From assembly GCF_009914755.1 (NCBI RefSeq), contig NC_060933.1: DNA of 64,000 nt; one strand, given 5' to 3'. Positions 25,843 through 47,152 of the stretch are shown here, piece by piece. The notes beneath the pieces are model-generated. The model saw only the letters and a program-made list of their open reading frames with translations. It was not told the origin of the DNA and did no database searches. Source of the stretch: the human T2T-CHM13v2.0 reference genome, Homo sapiens. Position numbers and translations under genes: made by a program. Position 1 is the first letter of the stretch, and each line of letters begins with the position of its first letter.

Positions 25843-26427
25843 TGAACTATTTTTTAATCTATTTTCAGGGTATCTTCTATGACCACCTTATAATTTAATT
25901 ATTTTCTAATATCTCTAGGATTAATACCCATCCCATCCCAATCATCCAGATTGAGCTTCCTAAAAAAAACAAATACATCAGGTTGTTTTAAGCAGTTATT
26001 TGATTATTTTCAATTACCTGTTTTAATAAAAATAAAAACATTTCTTGGTTTTCTTAAGTATCCCTCTAAATTTTATGATCATACTTTCTAGCTTAATTTC
26101 AGCTGGTAACCAATTCGCTTTTTGGACACCACTACAATCACATCAACTCTAAATCACATACTTACCTTTTATATGCTGCCTGGAAACATCTATATTTTCC
26201 TTCACCATTCACTAATTCAAATGTTATTTCACTTGTGAAGCTCATATTACTTAACTCACCCTTCCAAGTAACTACTCAAGACTGGTTACTTGAATAACAT
26301 GTTTTGGAATCTAAAAAATTCAAATCAGTCCAAGTTTAGTTATATAATTTTGAGCAAAACATTTGTCTCTCTGAAACTCCCTCTCCCTTACTGTAAAAAA
26401 TTGAATATGGTTGTGAGTTTTAGAATC

Positions 26428-26592
26428 TTCTTGCTCAAGGTGTTACCAAATAGAATCAGAATTGGCATTACCTGGGAACGTGTAAGAAATGAGAAATCTC
26501 AGGCCTTACCCAAAACATTTTAATCAGAATGTGCATTTTAACATAATCTTCAGGTTATTGTATGCATATTGATTAAAATCAGGGAAGTACTG
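26428..26592. mobile_element. MER5A (hAT-Charlie)
   Basis: gcattacctgggaacgtgtaagaaatg...aatcagaatgtgcattttaaca...tgtatgcatat. Confidence 0.75.
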
Positions 26593-26734
26593 ACACATTG
26601 TAACTGCATCTAGCATTGTCCTCTTCAACTGGAATATACATTCAGCAAATTTTTTTCTCTTCCCATTAGGCTGCTCATCTGTAATACTTTGAATATTATA
26701 TTCATTTCTTGCAATTATTTTCTTATTTGTATTA

Positions 26735-26835
26735 CACATCTGTTAGATTGTTAAGTCCTCAGTGATGGACACCTTTGTATCCCAAACATTTGGCCTTATG
26801 CTGATATATAGTAAATGCTTAATAAATGTTTACCA
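26735..26835 (+). mobile_element. L2 3' end
   Basis: tagattgttaagtcctc...atagtaaatgcttaataaatgtt. Confidence 0.55.
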
Positions 26836-28214
26836 GCAAGGTGATCAACTCATGTGCAACATTTAAAAGTGTATAATAAATGCAAAATGGTGTTTGTAAA
26901 CACTGAAATTCTAAATACTACATTAAAAAAATCTAAATTGATTTCAGTGGCCACATGAAGCTTTTGGATGGTGTATATGAGTTCACTTGTTGATCATCAC
27001 TTTAGAAATTACTCATCTCTGGAGATAAATTACATTTCACTCATTAGTGTGTTTATGAGTCTCACAATCTAATGCAGTGGCTTTTTACTTTCACTTTTAA
27101 TTATATAATTAATTATATTGCCCTGCAGTGAGCAAAGATAAATGCTACAAAAGACTAAAAATAGAAATGAAAATAAGGGGCAAAATTCTTGTCATATATA
27201 TCAAAAGGTTACTATAATTTTGGAGAGTTTAGATGTAGATCAACAGGGACCTCAGCAACTCAGGATGGCCTAATAAGGACTGGAATATAAACTCCCTGAA
27301 GGCAGTAAGATACCATAATGTGAGGTATTCAAGGGCCACTGTGACCTCAAGATGAGAACCTTGGGAGAATTTCAGATAAGCATTATTCCCAAGGACAATG
27401 GCTGGCATGTCAAATTGAAGTTGTTAAAAAACAAACATTTATTAAATGGATGAATCATTATTTCATAAATCCATAAATCCATGAATTCATGATTCATAAG
27501 GAATCATAAAGAAATTGAGCAGGAAGCATTACTGCAGAAGAGTTTCACAAGGAGTAAAGAATATTCAAAGTTGGAAAATTAGATTAAAGATTATTTTTAA
27601 ATGCTTTGGAGTTATCTCAAATGTGCTTGCAGACAATTTTCTCAGTTACCACACAGCACTCAATAATTTCTGTTGCCACTTTGCTTAGTTCTATTCCTGT
27701 GAAAGAGCACTGACCCTTTTATGGTTACAACTAGTCTTTTCTTCTGTGCAATGCCATCTCTATCACACATTGGAGTTGCTTGGACTGGCAAGCATTACTA
27801 CCAGAGTTGTCTTAGATCCCTAAACTAACTGAGTCACTGGGTACAACAGTGATTACTTGAGGTTTTGTTGTTGTTGTTTTTATTTTTTCTTTTTTCCCTA
27901 GCAATTGCCCCTGCCTCTACTGTGCATGGTTTATTATCTTCCTTTAAACACCAAAGCCTTTTGCACTGGATTCAAGAGGATCTGTATCAGTTAGAGTCCT
28001 GGCAAGAAACAAACATACTTAAATTGCATAATTTAAATAAAGTTAAATGAAACAGATAATTTACAAAGGTGAGGACAGGCAGCAAAGTCAAGAGAGTAAG
28101 AGTAGGCTTGGGGAGCACATAGATGATATTTAATATAGGTTTCAGACTGTAGGGGAAACTATGTATGATGAGGAGTGAGGAAAACGTTTTTCCCATATTA
28201 TGGCATTCTTTTAT

Positions 28215-28300
28215 CAGAGTTTCTCAACTATGGCACAATGTCTCTAGACATTGCAAAATGTCCTCAGAGGAACTAAATAATGCCTGGTTGAGGACCATTG
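28215..28300. mobile_element. Internally deleted MER20-like hAT element
   Basis: Ends cagagtttctcaac and gttgaggaccattg; core aatgtctctagacattgcaaaatgtcc. Confidence 0.6.
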
Positions 28301-29112
28301 TATTGGATGAAAGAACAGCAGAGTTGAACATACTCTGATTAATTTGTTAAAAATTAATTGCTAGTAATCTCACCCCTTATTTCACTCAGTTTATGTCCTG
28401 GAGGGAACATGGCATGAAACTTATTAATAGATCATTATTTGGTCTATTTTCATACACATGCCCCTCATTGTTCAGTCTCTTTCCTGTGATACTAATACAT
28501 TTTTAAATGTATTTTTTCATGCCTTTAAGCCTAAACTAATTCATCTGATGCTCAACCAAAATAGTAATCTCTTAAAACGCTGGAGGAAGAACTGGGCTTA
28601 TTGCCCGTATAGAGTGATGGTACTTTCTGAAGCGATTTCTAAACTCTATTAAATTTTTACCTTACACATCTGTCCCCTACATAAGATTTGAGTCCATTTT
28701 TTTGAGGTTGATGTCCCAGTGTACCATGAAATGCTCAACATATGACTTTCTTGATTTCAAATTATGCTGGCTTCTTATAAAAAAAAACATAACAACTATT
28801 CTCTGATAACTGAAGAGTTCACATGGCATCGATGGGTGCATGGTTTGGATTTTCATTGGTAAACATTTCCAGAAAACTCTTCAGTTGCATATACAAATAG
28901 ACTTCTACACCACTTGAAATACACCAGTTCAAATATGTGGTTAAACTCTAGCAGTGGACACAATTCAGGCTCACAATATATTCCCTACCTATATAGCTAT
29001 TTTAGGTATATTTATAGTATACATAATCATATATTCTTTGAAAAGAAAAGGAAAAATTTTGCCCTTGATAGTCCCAGCAAAGAAATCAGCCCCACTAATT
29101 ACTGACTTTCTT

Positions 29113-29776
29113 TTTTTTCTTGTTTTATTTTATTATAATTTAAGTTTTAGAGTACATGCGCACAATGTGCAGGTTTGTTACATATGTATACATGTGCCAT
29201 GTTGGTGTGCTGCACCCATTAACTTGTCATTTAGCATTAGGTATATCTCCAAATGCTATCCCTCCCCTCTACCCCCACCACACAACGGTCCCCAGAGTGT
29301 GATGTTCCCCTTCCTGTGTCCATGTGTTCTCATTGTTCAATTCCCACCTATGAGTGAGAACATGCAGTGTTTGGTTTTATGTCCTTGCTATAGTTTGCTG
29401 AGAATGAGGGTTTCCAGTTTCATCCATGTCCCTACAAAGGATATGAACTCATAATTTTTTATGGCTGCATAGTATTCCATGGTGTATATGTGCCACATTT
29501 TCTTAATCCAGTCTATCGTTGTTGGACATTTGGGTTGGTTCCAAGTCTTTGCTATTGTGAATAGTGCCGCAATAAACATACGTGTGCATGTGTCTTTATA
29601 GCAGCATGACTTATAATCCTTTGGGTATATACCCAGTAATGGGATGGCTGGGTCAAATGGTATTTCTAGTTCTAGATCCCTGAGGAATCGCCACACTGAC
29701 TTCCACAATGGTTGAACTAGTTTACAGTCCCACCAACAGTGTAAAAGTGTTCCTATTTCTCCACATCCTCTCCAGC
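29113..29776 (-). mobile_element. 5'-truncated L1PA (L1PA3/4-like)
   Basis: Near-consensus ORF2 C-terminus ([36 protein letters not shown]) and 3'UTR. Perfect 12-bp TSD actgactttctt at 29101-29112 and 29777-29788. Confidence 0.95.
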
Positions 29777-30902
29777 ACTGACTTTCTTACAACACGGAAG
29801 TGGAGACATTTGCCCAAACTCATACTCTAGTGCAGCATCCTGTCTTTGGATATTGGTATTGTATATATTTGACTTTATAATATATAAACTTATCTCTTTT
29901 GTGAGTTTCTACATTATAACTCCCTGCGTCCTGACTCCCCCAAAGAGATATTTTTGAAGTTCTAGCCATGTCAAGGAGAATCAATGATATTGTGAATATC
30001 TTTATCTGTATTCTGAATTACTACGTGAAATATCCTGATATTGAATTTCGTGGTTTCTTTAAATACAATAATATATGTTGTAAAGCTCTTTCCAGATATT
30101 AATTTTATAATTATAATTATCACCATTATTATTAATGAGCTAAAAGGATAATCACATGATAATGAGATGCCCTGTCAGTTCCAACTAAAACAGTATTTGT
30201 TATTGTCAAACCTTAGACTTGTGGCAGTACAGGTAGAATAATGTCTTAAATGTCTCAGAAAAATTCCAAGTGAAGTTGAATTCTCTAGACTCAAAAGAAT
30301 AAGCTTGTTCTGAACCTGAATGTGTTAAGCTGTATGGATTTCTAATGGTAATGCAAACACACTTTTACCAGAGATTAGCACAACATCCTCTTTTAGATAT
30401 TAAAATCTTATAAATTGTATTCCTACTTGAGTTTGCTATCTCTTCAGCATATAAGAGCCTGTTTTAATTTTGCCATCATGGTAGTTAATAGTGTTGAAAT
30501 GACTTTCCCAGTACACAAAGCTAGTCAGAAACAAAACTCGAATGTAAATCTCATAAATCTGAGAATTGTGTGCTTTACAGAATAACATCAGTAAAATGGA
30601 TAAACTCAAGACAACATACCCAAATCACTCATTAATGCAAGATGAGGGGAAAAAACAGTTCATTGCTCATTTAAAAAATACTTTTGGTAGGAGGTGTTTA
30701 TGTACAATTTGCTCCAAGGTATTAAGAATGAGGGCATTGCCTCAAAGGCTTATGAGAGCATTGAAACTGTAAAAATATAAGAAACTGTCATAAGTATGTC
30801 CACTGGTTTTTAAAATAGAATAAAGTGATCTTTGGATGATTTTTGAATACCATGCAGATCCTTAATTCTACATGTGGTAACTCTCGTTGAAATATGCATT
30901 GA

Positions 30903-31466
<564 letters not shown>

Positions 31467-31520
31467 TGACACTGCTGAGAACTCTGAAAAACTATGTAGT
31501 TCACTGTGCCTCCATTTCTT

Positions 31521-37284
<5,764 letters not shown>

Positions 37285-38084
37285 TGCCTCCATTTCTTAA
37301 GCTATTAAAATGATTATAAGAATCAGATTCCTTCAACAACAATTCACTATGCCCTACTTAGGTCCCAATTGCTGTGCTCCACACTGGAGCTCTAAAGATG
37401 TGTAATAAATCATCTTTTCCCCAAAGCAACTCACGTTCTGTCATGGGTGGTACAAGTCAAATAAAATAACTTATAAAAATGTATCCCAGTATCGACAGTG
37501 CTTGAGGAAGAAGAGTAGTGTTGAGTAGGAGAGAAGATATGTAGAAGAAAGCCGGAGCCAAAAAGAGCAGTAGGTAAATGTGGGAAATTTTGCCTGGTCC
37601 ACAGTTGGACTTTGCCCCAGGGTAAAATTGTTTCCAGAAAAAAAAAAAAAAGGAAAGAACAATTCAATTAAAAAATTCCTATTCATGTGATGAGATGACT
37701 ACAAAACAGAGATTTATAATTTATAATATAAGATCAGTTTGTCAGGTCATAAAGATAAGCATTTGCATTTATCCCCCAGGCAACCCATAGGTGATATTTC
37801 TTTCTTACTAATCATAATTTTTTCCTAGCTTATCTCCCTGGTCTACAAATGCCTATCTTTGCCCTTTTGCTATGAAAAATTTCCACTGGAATTTTTCATT
37901 CTGAAGAGGGCATCATTTACTTGCCAAAATAAATAAAATGATTAAAAATGAAAGATATTCTAAAAGATTATTCTTTGTGGATAATCATTCTACATTCAAA
38001 ACTTATTTATTGTTGAACCACTGTTCAGGAATAGCATCCAAATCTGGGAATTAGATCTCAATGATACCTGCTCTGAGAGTCATA

Positions 38085-38430
38085 TAATCTACTTGAAATG
38101 TTCTTCCTCCAGGAACCTACCTGGCCCTTCCCTCCCATCATTTCTTTCAAGTAATTACTCAAATGTCATTTTCTCAGTGAGGACAGTACTTGTCTCCCTC
38201 ATCTAAAATTTCAGCCATCCTCATGCACATGTGACCCACTTAATTGTTTTTTCCTATCTCAGCAATAATTACCATGCACCCTAGTTCATTAACTTGTCTT
38301 CTTGTCTCTGTGACTAGAATATGATATCCCAAAAAGAGATACTTGTCTTTTCTTTTTTTTTAGTTTTATAGTCTAAGCACTTAGAATAATACCTACCACA
38401 AATTGGTTTTGAATGAATAATTGTTGAAGA
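38085..38430 (+). mobile_element. L2 3' fragment
   Basis: ctcaaatgtcattttctcagtgagg, gactagaatatga, ttagaataatacct, ttgttgaagaatg. Confidence 0.6.
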
Positions 38431-39411
38431 ATGGAAGAATAGTAGAGCTAACATTCTAATCCTTATCTGGACACAAAAATGATCCTCTTTGTTCCAGGTG
38501 TGACTGTGATTTACTCTTTTAGTTGACCTTTTAGGAAGTATTTTTTAATGTATCAATGTTCATTTGCAATCCTAGAAAAGAGATTCTGCCCCATTTTAAT
38601 TCTAGAGTTTAACACAGCAGCCAAAATAAAAATAAACTGGCAAAAGGAATGTGTTTATGGGAAATAATGGAAATCCTTTTTTCGTTTGTTTTTCCTGAAA
38701 AAAACGAAAGAGGCTGGGTGGCAAAGCCAATCTCGCTAATATTTTCTATGGATTAGGTCTCTAAATCTATTAGATAAAATGTCTCAGCTAACTGGCTTTG
38801 GGAAATTAAGCAAATGAAGTATTATGATGAAAAAATTAGGTTATTTATAAACTGCCTGTTCCCCTGACCTAGAATTTGTCTACTATCCACAAGTGTTGCT
38901 GTGTCATTACATCTGCAGTCTCAACTTTTCATTGTACTTTGGAAATAATCCTGCTCCTAATCAGGGGAATTAGAGAATGCTTGGAGTGATGCTGCACATT
39001 TTCACCATCACCTAATTTTGACCTCAGGTCTAAGTAATATTTAGAACCTCGTTTAGTGTCTTGGATCACGTTTTATTTATTTATTTTTTTTTGACAAACA
39101 AATACTCCTATCGCCATTTCTTAGTTCTTCACTATTCTTTGCATTTGAATTTTTCAGTATGTAATAGAGTAACCTAATCCTGGATCCTTTTTACTCACTT
39201 TAAAACGTACCCGTACAACTTCATCACAATATATTTAAAACTCTAGTTTAAATAAATATGTTTCTAATATAATAGATATTAAAAATGGGCTCCAGTTTGA
39301 GTAATATAAATAGACTAATATATCTTAAGAATATATCTTATTAATATATCTTAAAATAGAGCTAAAGTTCTCCTCACTTAGGAATTCTAAGCATAGGCAT
39401 TTTTAGAATAT

Positions 39412-40339
39412 TGTGGTAGGCAGCCTTCAAGATGCCTAACCCTTGTCCCCTCCAAGTAATTCTTGCCTCCTAGAATTCACACATTTGGATAGAATTTATT
39501 CATGTTCTTGCTGAATAGGGCTAACTTTTGTAACCATAAGATATTGTGGAAATGATGCATTGTGCATGACCTCTGAGGCTATGTCATAAAAATACATTGT
39601 ACCTTTCTTCTGCCTAGCACTTTTATGATTACTCAATCTAAGGAAAGCCAGCTGCCATGTCAGGAGGATGCTGCTTTAGCTTATTTGGGCAACTGTAGCA
39701 AAACACTGAAGACTGGGTAGCTTATAAATAGCAGAAATTTATTTCTCACAGTTTTAGATGTTGGGAAGTTCAAGATCAGGGTGTTGGCAGATTTGATGTC
39801 TCCTAAGGCCTCCTTCCTCTTAGATGGCTTTTTGCTGTACCATCACAGGGCAGAAAATGTGAGAGTCCTCTATGGGTTCTCTTTTATAATGGCACTAATT
39901 CTACTCTTGAGGGCTCTGCCCTTATGATCTAATCAGCTTTTCCCACCTTTTGATTCCACCATGCTGGCAGTTAGTATTTCAACATGTGAATTTTGAGGGG
40001 ATATAAATGTTCAGTCTATTGCAACTGCTTAGACAGTCCAGTGGTAAGGTTCATGTGGTGAGGAACTGAGGCTTTCTGCCAACATCCAGTACAAAATTGC
40101 CATCCTGTTGAATGAGTCATCTTAGAAGTAGATCTTTGTGTCTCAGTCCAACCTTCAAATGTCTCCAGTCCCAGCCAACAACTTGATTGCAGCCGATTGT
40201 GACACTGCAAGCCAGAACCACCATGTAAGCCATTCCTGAATCCTTGACTGAAAGCTACTGTGTGAAATAGTATTTATTGTTGGTTTTAAGCCACTAGGTA
40301 TTAGAGTAATTTGTTGCCTAGTAAGAGATAACCAATACA
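39412..40339 (+). mobile_element. MLT1F/E-like LTR split by a second MaLR
   Basis: tgtggtaggcagccttcaagatg...agccagctgccatgt...ttttaagccacta...gataaccaataca. Confidence 0.75.
39672..40023 (-). mobile_element. MLT1A/MST-like LTR nested in MLT1F
   Basis: gactgggtagcttataaa...atttatttctcacagtt...tttcaacatgtgaatttt...cagtctattgca. Confidence 0.75.
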
Positions 40340-42931
40340 AATATGTTCAAAGGTGCTTTCAGAGAACACAGCGTGTCTCAGTAGAATCCCTTATACTAGG
40401 GAGTTGATCCTCACAGCTATTCTTAGAAAAAAGTAAAATATATTTTACCAAATTAAAAAAAAAATAACCAAATGCTCAAAGGCATAAGTTGACTTGCACA
40501 AGGCTATGCAATTAGAGTGGTAATGTTGAGTTCATCCAGGTCTAATGACTGCGTAGGCAATGCTCTTTTAACAAACAACATCTGTCTTTTTAGTATGATG
40601 CCAAAGTTTTAGTTTTATAAACCCCTTCAGAAGTGTCTGGGCCTCCTTTACAAATCATAGCTTCTCTGGTCCCACAATAATTTATTTTTCTTTTTTTTCT
40701 TTCTTTTCTATTCTCTCATTCTCTCTCTTTCTGTGTTTCTCTCTCTTTTTCTTTTTAACAATTCTGAGCAAAAATTGTACTAAAATGTATCAGTGGCATA
40801 AAAGAATTGTTACTTTTGCATCTAGAGAAGGAAGAGGATTTCTTCTACCCAATATGCTTCCACTGTTCCCATCCTCCATTTCCCCAGTCACTTTCCTTAG
40901 CCACACTGCCATATTGGTAGTTCCATGTTTGGAAATGAGCAAAAGGAAAGAGAAAAGAGTATAAAATTCTACTTATTCATTATGTCTTCAACCACAATGC
41001 CCAGTTACCCTAGGCACTGAATTAGGAGAGTAGAGTAGAGTCATTCACACATATATAGAGCTTCGGACAACTATCATTTTGAATTACACTATGCTGAGAA
41101 ACTAGGGAAGCATATCCCAGCACTTAGTCAAATAGATATAAAAGAAACATCTCAGTTTCCTCCATAATTCATAATATGTGAACAGAGACCTGTAAAGAGT
41201 CTATAGTGACTCAGTTGGCATCACATTGAGTATGATGTGAGGCTAAAGGAAAAAAATAATGGACTCAGTTGAGAAAACAGAATACATATAATTCATAAAA
41301 ACACAAACAAAGACCTGTGAATTTTTACTGTGTTCCTACATGAAAACATGTAGGAAACATACATATTTGTTTTTCTAGACATCTAGGGTAACTGAACTGA
41401 TCATTATCTATAATTTTAATTGTATTGAAATATCAATAAGGAAGTTACTCTCAAATAATTACTTTTATGAAATCACTACGTATATTACCTTGAATTTACT
41501 TCATTTTGTTTCTATAAACACATAAGGTTATTATAACTCATGATAAAAATAATAAGAGCCTTTTTGTTATTAGTGAAAAATCATCAAATACTCAAAAGAT
41601 ATTTTCTTCGTTCTTTTAGGATGAAAAAAATTAAATATTTTCTTTTCAAAATATTTAATTCCATGAAAGTTGTGTAATCCTATTTTCCAGGGAAATATCT
41701 ATTCTTCAAACTTCTTATTTTGGGTTCCAGGTTTTTCCTTAATGGGCTGAATTGTCACCAAGTATTCCAAGTCAACAATTTCAACAGTCACTCTTGTGGG
41801 GTTATATTTCAAACTTTCAATCTTTGTGATAATAATAATGATAGTAATACATCATTACAATTCAAGAAAGGCTAGCTGTAAGGTGAAGACGTAGTGTTGG
41901 TCTTAGGGAAGTCAGTTTGCTGCTTTTTGCACTTTCCCTTTAATCCTAGAGGTGGACTTCAGGCTCCCTTTCCTCTATTGACTGCCTCAGCAATTTCCAG
42001 CAATTCCCCTTCCTAGTGTAAAGGGTTAAGAATTTTCTACAACCATTACATAACAAAGAAGTCAGAAACTAGAGACTAAATACTTTTTTTCTGAACTGGC
42101 CAAAGTGTCCTGTTTGTTTTAATTTTATAAAAACCTGAATTTGCAGAATGTATTTGCCTGGACTGAACTTGCTTACCCTTAAGCCATCTGTTTCCAGAAA
42201 GCAAAGGTTGTTAATTAATCTTTGCTCAAGCTCTTTTCTTGTCTCCCTTTTCTCCTGACCTACTGACGTGCCTGTACCATTAAAAACAGAAGAAAACAAA
42301 ACAAAAAAAACACACAGTTAATGGCCAGAAGTCACTCTTGCTTTTAGATGGACTCCCCTGCTGCAAACAAATTAAGCTTTTCTTTTTCCCCCCTCACCTG
42401 AAAATTTTCACTCTTATCCGAGAGTTTCAATCTAGGTCGCACAAAAATAGTGTTCCTTGCCAAAGTGACAGGGCTCTGTTTTATGACTACGTCCTTTGCA
42501 TATTTCACATTCTCTTCTCGGCATCTTTCCTCCCACCTCTTTACTCCATTGCCCTTTGTCTGTGTATGGCATGACGACGTTGATTGTTTTATTGCCGTGG
42601 ATCACTTTTGTAGCTCTTTTTGAAATGACAGATAAGTAATTCAGACTTCAGTCAATTGCCAACCCTTCCACATGTGTCCAGATCTGAACTCTTTTAATTT
42701 CTCAAGGCCTTTACCCTGTAATGATCACCCTTTGTTCTATGCCATCATTTTCTTTCCCTATCTACTGAACCTTTCCTGTCTACAGCCAATTACACTTTAA
42801 TAATCCGGTCTTAAATAACAATAAGTAACAAAAACATAAAAACTACAATCAAAAAAATATCTAACCTTGGCCTGAATTCCTTTTCAATTACTACCTTGTC
42901 TCTCTGCTGCACTTCCTGAAAAAAAAGTTGA

Positions 42932-43278
<347 letters not shown>

Positions 43279-43288
43279 TTCAACCTGA

Positions 43289-43978
<690 letters not shown>

Positions 43979-44856
43979 TAGTGAAATTATTTCCAGATAT
44001 GTATCTCCAGCCTTGACCACTTCTTGGAACTTCAGACTCCTACATCCAACTTCTTGCTTGACGTTTCACTTAAGATGTTAAGCATCTCACAGTTAGCATG
44101 GTCAAAACATAACACTTGCTATAACTCAGTTCAACCTGTGTATCACCTATTCTTTCCTCTTGTGGTGAATTCTATAAGCATATACTCACTTGCTTCAGAG
44201 AAAAATAATCCATGTCTTCTTTCTTTCTGTAAACTTTACATCCATTTCATCTGTAAGTCCTGTTGACTGTCTGCTGTAATTTCATCTACTTCTTTCCAGT
44301 CTCACCTGTATGATTTGGAATTGGTCTACCATATCTTTCACAGAAGACTACAATAGCTTTCTAATTGGTATCTCTTTAATTTCCAAACAAACCTTGGTAG
44401 AGCAACCAAAGCATCCTATAAAGAAATAAATCAGTTAATTTTGTGGCCTCTCAATCCCTTTAAAATACAATTCAAACTTCTTAACTCTGGTTTACAAAGC
44501 TCCTACCTTTTCTTGCAATCTCGTTTCATAGCTTTCTGCCCCTCACTCAATGTGCTTAACAAACACTGGTCTTCTTTGTATATCTGAGCTTGTTTCTGAT
44601 ACAAGTTTTTCACTAAATATTCCCTCTGCCTGGAATACTGTTTCCTGTTCCTTGACTGGCTAGGTCCTTCCTACCATTAAAATGCTACCTCCTCAGAGAA
44701 AACAACCCAATCACTATTACATGATGGTATTTTCAGTATCTGCATAGCAATTATTCAGTATCTACATAGCATTTATATTACTATCGGATATCCTTATAAT
44801 CACTACATCACAAAAAGGATGAGTGATTGTCACTCATTAAAAAGTGTAGTATTTTC

Positions 44857-45164
44857 GGCTGGGCGCGGTGGCTCACTCCTGTAATCCCAGCACTTTGGGA
44901 GGCCAAGTTGGGTAGATCACGAAGTCAGGAGACCGAGATCATCCTGGCTAACACAGTGAAACCCCGTCTCTACTAAAAATACTAAAAATTAGCTGGGCGT
45001 GGTGGCGGGCACGTGTAGTCCTAGCTACTCGGGGACTGAGGCAGGAGAATGGCGTGAACCCGGGAGGCGGAGCTTGCAGTGAGCCGAGATCGCGCCACTG
45101 CACTCCAGCCTGAGTGACAGAGCGAGACTGCATCTCAAAACTAAAAAATAAAAAAATAAAAAAT
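44857..45164 (+). mobile_element. AluY
   Basis: Diagnostics atcctggctaaca, gaatggcgtgaacccgggaggcggagcttgcag; CpG-rich; (TAAAAAA)n tail. 16-bp TSD aaagtgt(ag/gc)tattttc. Confidence 0.95.
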
Positions 45165-46403
45165 AAAGTGTGCTATTTTCTTTATTGCATGCATTGCTTA
45201 TATTTCCATGAGAGGTCTAACAACCTTGAGAGAACAATGTCTGGCCCACAGTAAGTGATTAAGTGCTTGTTGAATAAGTGAATCTAGGCTTCTCTGTTAT
45301 TCAGGCAAACAATGTGAGCTAGGTAAATAAATTGCTTGCAGCCTCTGTACATCAGGACTATAGGATTATTTTGTCTTAATGAGCCTGAAGCTCCTGGAAG
45401 AAAAAATGTCTGAGTCAGATTCTGAAGAATAATAACATTTTAAAAAGTAGTATTCTAAATTCATCCTTTTGAATTTGAATGCATTTTAAGAATTGGAAAA
45501 GTTAAAGATTGGTAAGAAAATACCACAGTTTTTAAATGTAATTTATTTTTAAAGACCTACTGTGCTGGTTAAAGCTACTTAATTTTCACTTTTTAAAATA
45601 AAGAATAACATCTTTAAAAATAAAAACAAAATAACAAAATATATGACAATCACTCCCTTATCTACAACTTATTGATTTTTTTCACTACACTGACTATTCT
45701 TCATTCAGTTGCATGATTTGAACCCTCTTTGTCTCTTTATTGAAAAGTTAATAATGCTGCAACAATACCTTGGCTATTGTGAATTCGAATCTTTAAAAAA
45801 AATCAAAGTACCTGAAATTAAAACAAATGACACCTATTTACAACTGATTTATTGGAATGTTAGCTAGATGGGGTAAATGGTACTGTTTGCAGTATTACAT
45901 TTTACTGCTGTGTGTGCTCTGGGGAACCAGAGCTTTTGTCACAGGTTGAAAGCACAGAAGGATTTAAACAAAACACAGTGTCCAGAAGGGGATGGTAATA
46001 TATTAGGTAATATAAACAAACAAACAAAAATTTTCATTTAACCTGTGCTAAAGTGTACTTTCAAAAATGTATACATCTTTTTCAAAGGAATACTATTTTT
46101 ATAAAAGTGAAATCAAATTTAGTGTAATTCAACACACTAGGTTTTATCATGCACTTACTATGTTCTAAACATTTGCTTTCTTCAGCCAGACACATTTTAT
46201 ACTGAGCTTATAATAGCAAATGAAATCCAGTACTAGGCCCAGGGGTAGAATACAAGAGAACACATTGAATGCCAAAACTGCCTGATTCTGTGTAACATAA
46301 TGTAAAAGGCTTTTTGAAGTTATCATAATTATAAGCCACATAATCATATTTTTACTTAGAGCAACATTTTATTTTATAACAAACTGCAATTATGAGAAAG
46401 CAG

Positions 46404-46614
46404 AACACATGGACATACAAAGGGAAATAATAGTCACTGGGAATTCCAAAAAGGGGGTAGGTGAGAGATTGAAAGATTCACTATTGGGTACAATGTCCAC
46501 TATTTGGGTGATGGGTACACTGGAAGCCAAGATATCACCATTATGCAGTACAGACATGTAGCAAACCTGCACATGTACCCCATGAATGTGTAAAAATTAA
46601 AAAAAAATTAATAA
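46404..46614 (+). mobile_element. Short L1PB 3' end
   Basis: ctattgggtacaatgtccactatttgggtgatgg...aaacctgcacatgtacccc plus A-tail. TSD agaaagcag. Confidence 0.88.
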
Positions 46615-47152
46615 AGAAAGCAGTTAAAACTAGTCAAATCTTTCAAAAACTTGAAGGATTCAAATGAAGGAGAAAAAATCCCTAACTAAGGGTTGGTAAA
46701 ATATCAAGACTCAGAGAAAACAATACACATTAAAATGTACATTTTACTGCTTTAGATCTATTTTTTGGTGTTCTGAAAAAAAATGTTTTATTGGGAAAAT
46801 TGTTTCTCCTATGATGATTGTATTGTGATATTCAGTACTATAGTATACATAAAAACATTATTTTAGGTAAATTAATGCTCTGTTAGGTCAAGAGTTCTAA
46901 AATGCTCCAAAACTTAGAGTACAGCTCCTTTGCAACTCTAGAAAGGAAACTAGAGGGATTTTTACATCCAGGGAATGAAATCCTGAGTAAACGAGAAAGA
47001 AATAGTCTCAGCATTGTTCTTTTTATCTCTTTGCCAAAGCAGTTCGGAGCCACTTGATGGAAAAGTGACAAAAATAAAACAAGCAATACAAATGTGTGTG
47101 TACGTGTATGTGCATATGTGTGTACATAATACGCGTGTGTGCATTTCATACA

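Noticed and set aside
27455-27510. Short AT-rich tandem motifs (also 39314-39352, 49174-49206, 50410-50467, 55686-55711)
   Set aside because: Ordinary slippage or low-complexity sequence.
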